From the NCBI GenBank assembly GCA_964639975.1, contig CAZXER010000002.1, forward strand, positions 39,135-103,134: a stretch of DNA of 64,000 bases. The letters run 5' to 3'. Position 1 is the first letter of the stretch, and each line of letters opens with the position of its first letter. This DNA comes from an uncultured Halobacteriales archaeon (GTDB taxonomy: Archaea; Halobacteriota; Halobacteria; Halobacteriales; SKSH01). The notes beneath the pieces are model-generated. The model did no database searches, had not been told where the DNA came from, and saw only the letters and a program-made list of their open reading frames with translations. Shown in pieces: positions 9,762-18,980 of the stretch. Made by a program: the position numbers and the translations under genes.

Positions 9762-10259
9762 TCACAGCAGGAACGTCTCCTCCCTGGCGGAGAGGTCGAT
9801 GAAGGCATCCGCCCGGTCGATCAGGATGTCCGCAGTGGACGATTTAAACCCCATCACCTCGGTTCTGACCCCCTGATGCTGGAGATGGGAGACGAGTCTG
9901 GTGAAATCCCCATCACCCGTACACAGGACCATCGTGTCGATATGTGGGGCCAGCGTTACCGCATCGAGACTCATGCCGACGTCCCAGTCGGCCTTCTTGG
10001 ACCCGTCTGCGAACGTTCGGATCTCCTTGACTCGTGCCTCGAACCCGATGTCCTCAAGCGCCTCGAAGAAGCTCTCCTCCTCGGGTGCATCGGCACGGAT
10101 CGCATACGCGATCGCTCGCACGAGCTCACGATCTTGGACGGCCTTGTCCAACAGCGCTGAGTAATCGATGTTCCGAGAATACAGGTGCTGTGCGGTGTGA
10201 TAGAGGTTCTGTGCATCAGCGAGAACGGCCACCCGCTGTGCGGGGTGGATAGTGACCAT
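9762..10259 (-). CDS. NYN (LabA/DUF88-like) domain protein, putative RNase
   Basis: VAVLADAQNLY...CTGDGDFTRLVSHLQHQGVRTEVMGF matches the LabA-like NYN/PIN-like fold. Confidence 0.8.
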   Translation of the reverse strand: MVTIHPAQRVAVLADAQNLYHTAQHLYSRNIDYSALLDKAVQDRELVRAIAYAIRADAPEEESFFEALEDIGFEARVKEIRTFADGSKKADWDVGMSLDAVTLAPHIDTMVLCTGDGDFTRLVSHLQHQGVRTEVMGFKSSTADILIDRADAFIDLSAREETFLL

Positions 10260-10301
10260 GGGAACCGTGCGAGCGGTCAGACTAAAGGCGCTTCGACCAG
10301 C

Positions 10302-11135
10302 TCAATAGGTGCCTCGACGAAGGCGTGCGATCCGCTTTTCTGCCGGTGGGTGCGTCGAGAAGATCGACCGGAGCAAGCCGTGTTCACGGTCGAAGATCAT
10401 CAACGCAGCCACGTTATCGTCCACCTGTTGCTCCTCGACCTGATCGTTCCCGCGCTGGATCTTCTCGAGCGCGCTCGCGAGTGGTTCACCCGACCCGATC
10501 GCACCGGCCGCATCGGCATCAGCCACGTACTCCCGGTAGCGGGAGATCGCTCGTACGAATACGAGGACCAGCATCTGTGCCACCATCGCACCGAGATACG
10601 CCAGGATGAAGGTCCCGATGTTCCGCCGGCCACCGAAGAGCATCGCATAGTAGACGACGATGCCGACCAGCGAAGCGATACTCTGGCCGAGTACCATCAT
10701 GATGACGTCCCGGTTGCGGATGTGTGAGAGCTCGTGGGCGACGACGCCCTCGAGCTCCTGATGGTTCAGCGTCTCGATGAGCTCAGTCGAGACGACGACC
10801 GTCCCGGCCTTCTTTCGGCCAACGGCGAAGGCATTGGGGACACCCATGTCGGCCACCATTAACCGAGGCATCGGCATGTTCATGTCTCGGCTGAGTTGTT
10901 TCGTCGAGCGGTACAGCTCTGGATACTCCGACTCGTCTACGTCCTCAGCTCCGACACTCCGGAGTGCCATCCACTTCCCGAACTTGTACTGGAATCCGAC
11001 GAACCCGAGCGTGATCAGTAACACAAGCTCGAGCGACAGCCCGTACGCGAACATTGCGCCGGCTACCAGCAGGTAGAACGCGAAGAGGATGGACCCGGCG
11101 ATGAGCATGCGGACGACGAGCCCTGGATGTCGCAT
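10302..11135 (-). CDS. htpX: M48 zinc metalloprotease HtpX
   Basis: HELSHIRNRD (HExxH) between TM segments. Trimmed to ATG 11135 so it no longer overlaps the purB stop at 11188. Confidence 0.9.
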   Translation of the reverse strand: MRHPGLVVRMLIAGSILFAFYLLVAGAMFAYGLSLELVLLITLGFVGFQYKFGKWMALRSVGAEDVDESEYPELYRSTKQLSRDMNMPMPRLMVADMGVPNAFAVGRKKAGTVVVSTELIETLNHQELEGVVAHELSHIRNRDVIMMVLGQSIASLVGIVVYYAMLFGGRRNIGTFILAYLGAMVAQMLVLVFVRAISRYREYVADADAAGAIGSGEPLASALEKIQRGNDQVEEQQVDDNVAALMIFDREHGLLRSIFSTHPPAEKRIARLRRGTY

Positions 11136-11187
11136 ATCACCCGCTACTATCGGATGATGCACCTTAAAGACCGCGGCATGACCACTC

Positions 11188-12582
11188 TCATCTCGTCTCA
11201 AGCTCGTCAACGAGAAGTGGGGCTAACCCGACGTAGGCGGCAGGTTCTAGCGCTTCAAGGCGGTCAGCCAAGGCTGGATCGTGATCGCGGATCTCGTCGA
11301 TCAACCGCTCGAAGTCCCGTCGATCGACCGTTCGTCCCCGAGTGGCCTCCTTCAGGCGGTCATAGGCGTTTGGATCGCCAATCCGCCGCAACGCCGTCTG
11401 AATGGCCTCTGCAAGCACTTCCGAGGCGTCCTCGAGGTCATCTCCCATCGCCTCAGCATCGGGTACCACCGTCGCAAGCCCCGCGTCGGCCTTCTTGAGC
11501 CCGAGTAACCAATGTCCGAGCGAGCCCCCGATTGTCCGATGGACGGTCGAATCGGAGAGATCCCGCTGAAGCCTGGATGTCGGTAACGTGTCCGCGAGGA
11601 ATCTGAGGTCGTTTCGCGCCTTCTTGAGGTTCCCCTCGCTGTTTTCGAAATCGATCGGGTTGACCTTGTGTGGCATAGTCGAACTCCCGACCTCCCCCTC
11701 TTCGGGTTCTTGCACGAGATATCCGTCGCTGATATATCGCCACATGTCTCGATCGAAGTCGATGAAGATCGTCGCGAGGGTGGCCAACGCGTCGAAGACG
11801 GCGGCGATATCGTCATTCGGGTTGACCTGGGTGGTCAATGGGTTGTACTCGAGGTCGAAGCGCTCGACGAATCGCCGTGAGAACGACAACCAGTCCACGT
11901 CGGGTTCAGCGGTGGTATGGGCAGCGAAGGTCCCTGTCGCCCCACCGAACTTCCCCTCGAGCTCGTCTAGTGCTCGTTCGAGCCGACGGCGACTACGAGC
12001 CGTCCGCTCGGCATACACGGCCAGTTCCTTGCCGTACGTGGTCGGGGAGGCCGCCTGCCCATGGGTTCGAGCCAACATCGGTACCGATCGGTGAGCCGTC
12101 GCACTGTCTTCGAGTCGTGTTTGAACCTGTTCCAATGCCGGTAGAAGGACCTCTTCACAGGCATCCCTGATGAGGAGGCGATAGGCGAGGTTGTTGACGT
12201 CTTCGCTTGTGAGGCCGAAGTGGACCCAGGGAATGGCGTCGTCCATTCCAACCTCCCCGAGGCGACTATCGAGCCAGTATTCCACGGCTTTGACGTCGTG
12301 GTTCGTCGCAGGTCGATCAGCATCCCCGTCGACCTCGATCGTTTTGATCCGGTTCGCATCCTCGCGGTCGAACTCCCGGTACCAATCCCGGAGGGTGGTT
12401 CTCTCGTCATCGCTGACAGAGAGTGGAATCGCGTCGAGGTCGGAGAGGGCGATGAGGTATTCGATCTCGACACGCGCGCGAGCGTTCATCAACGCCGCTT
12501 CGCTCGCATACGGCTGTAGCGGTGCCATCGCCGATGCGTACCGACCATCGAGCGGCGAAACGGCATCCAGCGGATCGGGCAT
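11188..12582 (-). CDS. purB: adenylosuccinate lyase
   Basis: AVSPLDGRY N-terminus and the fumarate-lyase signature region (GSSTMPHKVNP). Start ambiguous: ATG 12582 preferred, in-frame ATGs also at 12609 and 12654. Confidence 0.9.
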   Translation of the reverse strand: MPDPLDAVSPLDGRYASAMAPLQPYASEAALMNARARVEIEYLIALSDLDAIPLSVSDDERTTLRDWYREFDREDANRIKTIEVDGDADRPATNHDVKAVEYWLDSRLGEVGMDDAIPWVHFGLTSEDVNNLAYRLLIRDACEEVLLPALEQVQTRLEDSATAHRSVPMLARTHGQAASPTTYGKELAVYAERTARSRRRLERALDELEGKFGGATGTFAAHTTAEPDVDWLSFSRRFVERFDLEYNPLTTQVNPNDDIAAVFDALATLATIFIDFDRDMWRYISDGYLVQEPEEGEVGSSTMPHKVNPIDFENSEGNLKKARNDLRFLADTLPTSRLQRDLSDSTVHRTIGGSLGHWLLGLKKADAGLATVVPDAEAMGDDLEDASEVLAEAIQTALRRIGDPNAYDRLKEATRGRTVDRRDFERLIDEIRDHDPALADRLEALEPAAYVGLAPLLVDELETR

Positions 12583-12777
12583 ATGCCCCTCTGCATCGTC
12601 CGAGACCATGGGGTTTTGGATAGTGTCCCAGTGAGAGATCCCCGCTTGAGCCACCTGCGGTGGCCTCCTACCCCTTCCATTTGGTGCGATGCAATGGCCG
12701 TTTATCGATCCTCGCGACGGCCAGCTCGAAGCAGTCGACCGGAACTTCTAACCTCCGAGGGAGCACCATCGATTTGC

Positions 12778-14352
12778 ATGGTAACCATCGCGGGGTTTGC
12801 CGGCAATCGCGGCCGAAACTTACTGAACCTCGACGACTTGGAACCGGGTGGTGCACAACTAGGCGTCATCGTCACGAACCACGCTGATGCACCCATCATC
12901 GAATCAGCGGCAACGCGTGGCATTCCGACGGTCGTGGTCGAACGTGACGATGGAGAGGATCGTGAGGACCACGAGGAGCGCATCCTCGATGAGCTCTCCT
13001 CGCACTCGTTCGATCTCGTCTGTCTCGACGGGTATATGCGGATACTGTCGGGATGGATGCTCGAGCAACTGCCGATCACGCTCAACGTACATCCTTCGTT
13101 ACTTCCGCTGTTTCCGGGGATGGATGCCTGGGGAGATGCGCTCGATGCAGGCGTGCAGGTCAGTGGCTGTACCGTCCACGTGGTCACCGATGTGGTCGAC
13201 GAGGGACCCATCGTGACGCAGGAACCGGTCCCGGTCCAACCTGAAGACACGGTCTCGTCGCTCAAACGCCGAATCCTGTACGAGGGGGAGTTCAAGGCGT
13301 ATCCACGAGCCGTTCGATGGTTCGCACAGGACCGCGTCGATGTCTCTGGGGATCGTTCGTCCGTCGACATCGACCCGTTCGAGGGCAACCTTCCGGAGGT
13401 AGATATCGTCAGCGGCGATCAGGCGTCCTCACTCAGGTATGGGGAGAATCCCCACCAACGAGCTGGTGTCTACGTCGATCCGACACGGGACGAGGCATCT
13501 GTCGCCGGGGCCACGCAGCTAAATCCGAACGCCAAGGCACTCTCGTACAACAACGTCAACGATGCCGATGCCGCCTACCGAGGGGTGCTCGAGTTCGATG
13601 ACATCGCGTGTACGGTCATCAAGCACGCCAATCCCGCGGGGGCGGCCCTTGGTGAGACACCAGCTGCTGCGTACGAGGCCGCCCTGTCAACCGATCCGAT
13701 GAGCGCGTTTGGTGGGATCGTCGCACTCAATCGAGCCTGTGATGCGGAGACCGCCTCGGCCGTGACCGACTCGTTCAAAGAGACCGTCATCGCCCCAACT
13801 TTTACCGACGATGCGGTAGCTGTGCTGCGGGAGTCTGACTCAATCAGGGTGCTTGAGGTGCCCCATACCGATCGCGAACGGTCGCTTCAGCGCCGAAGCG
13901 TGCTCGGGGGACACCTAGCGCAGGATCCCGATATGGACGTCGTGACGGAAACCGATCTCGAGGTCGTCACCGAACGCGAGCCAACCGCAGAACAGCTCTC
14001 ATCGATGACCTTCGGATGGCGGGTGGCCAAACATGCAGCATCAAATGCGATCGTCCTCGTCGACGGGACAGAGACGGTCGGGATCGGTCAGGGACAGGTC
14101 TCACGGGTGGATGCGGTGCACCTCGCCATTCGGAAGGGGCGAGAACACGCCGAGGGAAAGGACCCCGAGGGAAGTGTACTCGTCAGTGATGGGTTCTTCC
14201 CGTTCGCCGATGGGATCGAACTGGCCGCGGAGGCAGGTATCACTGCAGTTGTGCAACCCGGTGGCTCTCGCAACGACGAGTCGGTCATCGAGGCAGCGAA
14301 CGAACACGATATCGCGATGGCCTTCACTGGCCGACGGTGTTTCAGGCACTAA
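12778..14352 (+). CDS. purNH: fusion of GAR formyltransferase (PurN) and AICAR formyltransferase domain of PurH
   Basis: Trimmed to ATG 12778 (MVTIAGFAGNRGRNL). PurN motifs NVHPSLLP and GCTVH, then the AICARFT region SLRYGENPHQ...LSYNNVND...IKHANPAG. No MGS-like IMP cyclohydrolase domain. Confidence 0.9.
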   Translation: MVTIAGFAGNRGRNLLNLDDLEPGGAQLGVIVTNHADAPIIESAATRGIPTVVVERDDGEDREDHEERILDELSSHSFDLVCLDGYMRILSGWMLEQLPITLNVHPSLLPLFPGMDAWGDALDAGVQVSGCTVHVVTDVVDEGPIVTQEPVPVQPEDTVSSLKRRILYEGEFKAYPRAVRWFAQDRVDVSGDRSSVDIDPFEGNLPEVDIVSGDQASSLRYGENPHQRAGVYVDPTRDEASVAGATQLNPNAKALSYNNVNDADAAYRGVLEFDDIACTVIKHANPAGAALGETPAAAYEAALSTDPMSAFGGIVALNRACDAETASAVTDSFKETVIAPTFTDDAVAVLRESDSIRVLEVPHTDRERSLQRRSVLGGHLAQDPDMDVVTETDLEVVTEREPTAEQLSSMTFGWRVAKHAASNAIVLVDGTETVGIGQGQVSRVDAVHLAIRKGREHAEGKDPEGSVLVSDGFFPFADGIELAAEAGITAVVQPGGSRNDESVIEAANEHDIAMAFTGRRCFRH

Positions 14353-14390
14353 TACATGGCTATCAGAACGAACGGACACGGGTGGTACGA

Positions 14391-16817
14391 ATGAAGTACC
14401 GAGACGCGATCGACCGCCTCTACGACCTCAAACGCCACGCGATCGAGCCGGGAACGGCTCGAACCGAGGAGTTACTCGCGTCAGTGGGTAATCCGCACAC
14501 CGCCTTCGATTCGGTCCAGATCGCCGGAACGAACGGAAAGGGGTCCGTGGCGAGCACCCTCGCCGAGATCCTCAGCCGCGATGACCGTCGGGTCGGACTG
14601 TATACCTCACCACATCTCGAGAGCGTTCGCGATCGGATTCAGGTCGATGGACGACCGATGTCGGAGGCTGCGATCGGACGATTCGTGGATCAGCTGGCGG
14701 ATGATCTCGATGCCGCCGGAGCGGTGAATCGAACCCCAACGTTCTTCGAGGCGGTCACGGCGATGGCACTGTGGCATTTCGACGCTATGGATGTCGATAT
14801 CGCCGTACTTGAGGTTGGTATCGGCGGTCGACACGACGCGACGAGCGTCGTCGATCCAGTTGCGTCTGCGGTGACCTCAGTCTCCCTAGATCACACCGAT
14901 GTGCTCGGGTCAACGGTGGAGGCTATCGCCATGGACAAGGTGGCCGTGGCTGCCGGCGATATTCCGTTCGTAACGGCCACGACTGGTCGGGCACGGGAGG
15001 TCATTCTCGAGGAGCGCCCCGATGCAACGGTTGTCGGCGAGGATGCTGGCGCTGCTGTCTCCGTCGACTACAATGGTATCAACCCACACTTCGAGGCAGA
15101 CATTTCGGTCCATGGACCTGAGTGGTCTGTCGATACCTACAGTCCGCTGTTGGGCCGCAATCAAGCCCTCAACGCGGGTATTGCCGCCTCGCTCGCTCGT
15201 CGAGCATGGTCGATCGACGAGCAGACGATCGCGAGGGGCATCCGGGGGGTTGAGTACCCAGGTCGAGGCGAAATCGTTCAGCGCGAGCCTCTCGTCATGC
15301 TCGATGGCGCGCACAATCCCGCAGCGGTCGAGCACCTCGCTAGTGTCCTCGCCGACCTCCCGTATGACGAGCTCCACCTCGTCGTCGGAATCATGGCCGA
15401 TAAGGATCTGGCGAGGATCTGTGAGGCGCTCCCTGACGCAGTGACCGTCGTGGCCTGTCGACCGGATACCTCTCGGGCGGCCACGACAGGGGCCATCTCG
15501 ACAGCCTTCGAACAGGCTGGGTACCCCTCGGTGACCGAACATCGTTCGGTCGATGGGGCGATCGATGTAGCGTTGGACCAGGCTGCACCTGGCGATGCGG
15601 TCTGTGTGACGGGGTCGCTGTTCACCGTTGGGGAGGCCAGACGTCGGTGGATCCGCCATCCGGCGGTCAATCAACTCGAAACCCTTGCTGGGGCGACGAG
15701 CGCGCTGGAACGCTGTCATGTCACCGAAGCCGGCATCACGCGGATGCGGGCCAAAGGTGTCCATCGCACCGTCCAGACCCGTGTAACGCACACACAAGCG
15801 GCGTATCTCAAGCAAGAGCTGTTGAGCGTTGGGGGGGATTGTGGCATCTCAGGTGTGGGCGCTGATGGGGAGTTGGTCGATGTACTCATGATGGGGACGA
15901 TGGCACAATTCAATCGGTTGACTCGCTCACTCGAGGGCCAAACACGGGGATTGGCCACGCTCGCCACCGAGATCAAGCACGCCCTCGGTATCAGGCACGA
16001 ACCGGCGTGGGGCCCGTGGCCGTGGTCCGATCGGACAGCCGTCATGGGGATCATCAACGTGACACCTGACAGCTTCTATGACGGGGGTGAAGCTGCGACG
16101 TACGAGGCTGCGGTCGAACGGGCACGGAACCTCATCGACGCCGGGGCCGATATCCTCGATATCGGTGGTGAGAGCACCCGACCGGGCGGCGATCCGGTCA
16201 GTGTGGAGACCGAGATTGAGCGCATCATCCCCGTCATCGAGACGGTTTCTGACCTCGACACGGTCGTCTCGGTCGATACCCAAAAGGCCGCCGTCGCTGA
16301 AGCCGCGGTCGAGGCCGGTGCGGACATCGTGAACGATGTCTCTGGCATCTCCGATCCGGCGATGGCGGCGACGGTGGCTGCATTGGACGTTCCGATCATC
16401 CTCATGCACAGTGTGAGCACGCCGGTAGAACCCGACCTCCCGGTCGAGTACGACGACGTTGTGACCGACGTTCGACACCACCTGGGCGATCTCGTCAAGC
16501 GATGTGAACGAGCCGGCATCGATCGATCAAACATCATCGTCGATCCCGGCCTCGGCTTCAACAAGTCTCCGCGAGAGAATTTCGAACTCGTGGGTCGGGT
16601 GTCAGAGCTCAAAGCCCTCGGTTGCCCGGTGCTCATCGGCCACTCCCAGAAGTCGATGTTCGGTGGGATCGGGTATCCGAAGGGCGAACGAGATGCGCCG
16701 ACGGTTGCGACATCTGCTATCGCTGCTGCCAAGGGAGCCGATATCATCCGCGTTCATGAGGTCGAGTCAACGGTCGCGGCGGTGAAGACCGCCGAGGCAC
16801 TCACCCAGGTCGATTGA
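14391..16817 (+). CDS. folCP: fusion of folylpolyglutamate/dihydrofolate synthase (FolC) and dihydropteroate synthase (FolP)
   Basis: Trimmed to ATG 14391 (MKYRDAIDRL). Mur-ligase P-loop GTNGKGS. C-terminal pterin-binding domain MGIINVTPDSFYDGG...DIGGESTRPG. Confidence 0.9.
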   Translation: MKYRDAIDRLYDLKRHAIEPGTARTEELLASVGNPHTAFDSVQIAGTNGKGSVASTLAEILSRDDRRVGLYTSPHLESVRDRIQVDGRPMSEAAIGRFVDQLADDLDAAGAVNRTPTFFEAVTAMALWHFDAMDVDIAVLEVGIGGRHDATSVVDPVASAVTSVSLDHTDVLGSTVEAIAMDKVAVAAGDIPFVTATTGRAREVILEERPDATVVGEDAGAAVSVDYNGINPHFEADISVHGPEWSVDTYSPLLGRNQALNAGIAASLARRAWSIDEQTIARGIRGVEYPGRGEIVQREPLVMLDGAHNPAAVEHLASVLADLPYDELHLVVGIMADKDLARICEALPDAVTVVACRPDTSRAATTGAISTAFEQAGYPSVTEHRSVDGAIDVALDQAAPGDAVCVTGSLFTVGEARRRWIRHPAVNQLETLAGATSALERCHVTEAGITRMRAKGVHRTVQTRVTHTQAAYLKQELLSVGGDCGISGVGADGELVDVLMMGTMAQFNRLTRSLEGQTRGLATLATEIKHALGIRHEPAWGPWPWSDRTAVMGIINVTPDSFYDGGEAATYEAAVERARNLIDAGADILDIGGESTRPGGDPVSVETEIERIIPVIETVSDLDTVVSVDTQKAAVAEAAVEAGADIVNDVSGISDPAMAATVAALDVPIILMHSVSTPVEPDLPVEYDDVVTDVRHHLGDLVKRCERAGIDRSNIIVDPGLGFNKSPRENFELVGRVSELKALGCPVLIGHSQKSMFGGIGYPKGERDAPTVATSAIAAAKGADIIRVHEVESTVAAVKTAEALTQVD

Positions 16818-17832
16818 GCATCCGTTGGTAGATGGCCGTGAGATCGTCGACGATCGCCTCGATATCGAATGCGGCGAACTCCGGTTCGAACGTGCTCGAT
16901 TCCCGTCGTTTGGCCTCGAGGATGCCATCGACTATTTCGTCTGGGGTGCTCACTCTGATACCGTGACCATGGCTCGCGATCAGCTCGTGCGCACCCGACC
17001 GTGCTTGGTACTGGACGACGCCAATGCACCCGCAGGCGAGTGCCCACAGTAGTTCGGTAGCGAACGGACAGGCATCTGCGGTCTGGACGAACACGTCGGC
17101 CCCCCGATATATCGCGATCCGCTCTCGGCGTGTTGTATCGTGTCTCACGTCGATCATATCACCGAGGTCGTACGACTCTATCTCCTCAACCGCTTCCTCG
17201 ATACCGGCATCAAGAACGAGCGTCGTCGACCACTCCTCGTTGTTCAATTCCGCCAGTGCGAGCAATAGCTCCTCCAGATGGGCCTCGTCCAGCGAGGAGC
17301 TGGCCCAGGCGATATCGGCGGTCGTCGTGGGGGTCACCGTCGGAATGAGGTCCATGTTGATCGGGTCTGGGACCGTCTCAATGTCCGACGTGATATTCTC
17401 GCTCAGTAGCTCCGTCTCGATGACCTCTGATGGAACGATGAGTCGGTCAATGCTGGCATCGACGCGCCGGGCGAGGGAACTGTCGAATATGGGGGATTCG
17501 AAGCCCCGAATTTCGTAGAGGATCGGTGCATCTGTGACGAGTGCACTGGCGACGAGGGTCAGCGGTGGTACGTCGACATAGTGGACGACAGCTGGGTCAC
17601 GACGTCGAATCTGTCTGACCACCCGCGGGGTCGATAGTTTCGACCGACCCGCAGCATAATGGGTGGTCCATCGATGGTGATGGTGGTTCGTCGATTGCGT
17701 CCACCATTTCCCCGTCAGGATCTCCACGTCGTGTCCAGCGCTGACCAGACCACCTACCAGCGTCCTGGTCCGTTGTGACGCCCGGGATCGCTCCTCGGTA
17801 TACTGCCGCGGGACGACGAGGAGGATCCGCAT
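16801..17832 (-). CDS. glycosyltransferase (GT-B fold, GT4-like)
   Basis: Trimmed to ATG 17832 (MRILLVVPRQY). The C-terminal half has a GT1/GT4-like layout. Its 3' end overlaps the folCP 3' end by 17 nt. Confidence 0.7.
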   Translation of the reverse strand: MRILLVVPRQYTEERSRASQRTRTLVGGLVSAGHDVEILTGKWWTQSTNHHHHRWTTHYAAGRSKLSTPRVVRQIRRRDPAVVHYVDVPPLTLVASALVTDAPILYEIRGFESPIFDSSLARRVDASIDRLIVPSEVIETELLSENITSDIETVPDPINMDLIPTVTPTTTADIAWASSSLDEAHLEELLLALAELNNEEWSTTLVLDAGIEEAVEEIESYDLGDMIDVRHDTTRRERIAIYRGADVFVQTADACPFATELLWALACGCIGVVQYQARSGAHELIASHGHGIRVSTPDEIVDGILEAKRRESSTFEPEFAAFDIEAIVDDLTAIYQRMLNRPG

Positions 17833-17876
17833 AGTAGAGTCCTCAACCAATGCTGGTAAAAATCCTTTCAGGCGGC

Positions 17877-18935
17877 TCAGATGACGCCGGTTTCAGAGGC
17901 CACCCGTTCGGCCGCCGACTCGGCAATACCGTCGCCGAGGATGGTGTACCGATCACGGATCTCGTGGGCCGAGCTTAGCGCGGTCACTACGGTGTCGTCG
18001 TCGATACCGAGTGCGGCCGCAGTGGTGGGTGCTCCGATCGTGTCCAGCGCGTCCCGGAGTTCCGTCCAGACGCCGTTATCGCCCCACTGGAGGTAGGCAG
18101 TCATGATCGCACCAACACCGACCTGATGGCCGTGCAATGCGGCACCTGGGGCCAGTCTGTCAAGCTGGTGTGAGAAGAGGTGCTCAGCACCGGATGCCGG
18201 TCGTGAACTCCCCGCGATACTCATCGCGACGCCGCTTGAGACGAGTGCCTTCGTGACCACCCAGGCAGAGTCCTCGAGACCAGCTTTGATGGAGTCTGCA
18301 TCGGCGATGAGCAACTCCGCGGTCATTTCCGACAGCGCCGCGGCGTACTCGGAGTACGGGACGTTCTTGAGCCGTTGCGCCAGCCGCCAGTCGGTAACCG
18401 CAGTGTAGTTGCTGATGATATCGGCGCTTCCTGCGGTGGTCAATTCCCACGGTGCCTCAGCGATGATGCTCGTATCGGCGACAACGGCCGTCGGCGGCCG
18501 GGCAGCTACCGAGTGGCGGGTATCCCCGTCGGGAATCGAGGCTCGGCTACTGACGATTCCGTCGTGGCTTGCAGCCGTCGGAACCGAGATAAACGGCGTC
18601 GAGGCGTTGTGACTGACCAGTTTGGTGACGTCGATGACCCGACCCCCACCGATCCCAACCAGGAGGGTAGCGTCACTTTCGGTCAGCCGGTCGCTGACCG
18701 TGTCGATCGCTGACGGTGAAGCCGAGCCGATCTCGACGACATCAACAGCTATCCCGGCATCCGTGAGGTCATCGAGTAGCTGTTCTCCGATGACCTGACG
18801 GGGTGTCTGACTCGTCACGACGAGCACATCGACACCTGGATGGAGTTCCTGGATGACCGTCGCGAGCTCCTCGGTCACGCCGTGACCGATGAGTACGGAT
18901 CGAGGGAGTCGAATCCACGTCCGCTTGTCACTCAT
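17877..18935 (-). CDS. egsA: NAD(P)-dependent sn-glycerol-1-phosphate dehydrogenase
   Basis: Trimmed to ATG 18935 (MSDKRTWIRLPRSVLIGHG). GIGGGRVIDVTK and metal-binding His residues (HLFSHQL, HGHQVG) typical of the G1PDH / iron-ADH fold. Confidence 0.85.
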   Translation of the reverse strand: MSDKRTWIRLPRSVLIGHGVTEELATVIQELHPGVDVLVVTSQTPRQVIGEQLLDDLTDAGIAVDVVEIGSASPSAIDTVSDRLTESDATLLVGIGGGRVIDVTKLVSHNASTPFISVPTAASHDGIVSSRASIPDGDTRHSVAARPPTAVVADTSIIAEAPWELTTAGSADIISNYTAVTDWRLAQRLKNVPYSEYAAALSEMTAELLIADADSIKAGLEDSAWVVTKALVSSGVAMSIAGSSRPASGAEHLFSHQLDRLAPGAALHGHQVGVGAIMTAYLQWGDNGVWTELRDALDTIGAPTTAAALGIDDDTVVTALSSAHEIRDRYTILGDGIAESAAERVASETGVI

Positions 18936-18980
18936 TGGCGGTTCGTCGGCGGCAGGGGCCAAAACGGTTCCCGTTATCAG

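Noticed and set aside
12651-12663. CCACC-TGC-GGTGG hairpin in the purB / purNH divergent region as a purine-responsive element
   Set aside because: It is only a 5-bp stem and may lie within an alternative purB N-terminal coding extension. That is insufficient evidence without comparative data.
14910-15815. 301-aa minus-strand ORF inside folCP
   Set aside because: Antisense shadow ORF with an Arg-rich, motif-less translation.
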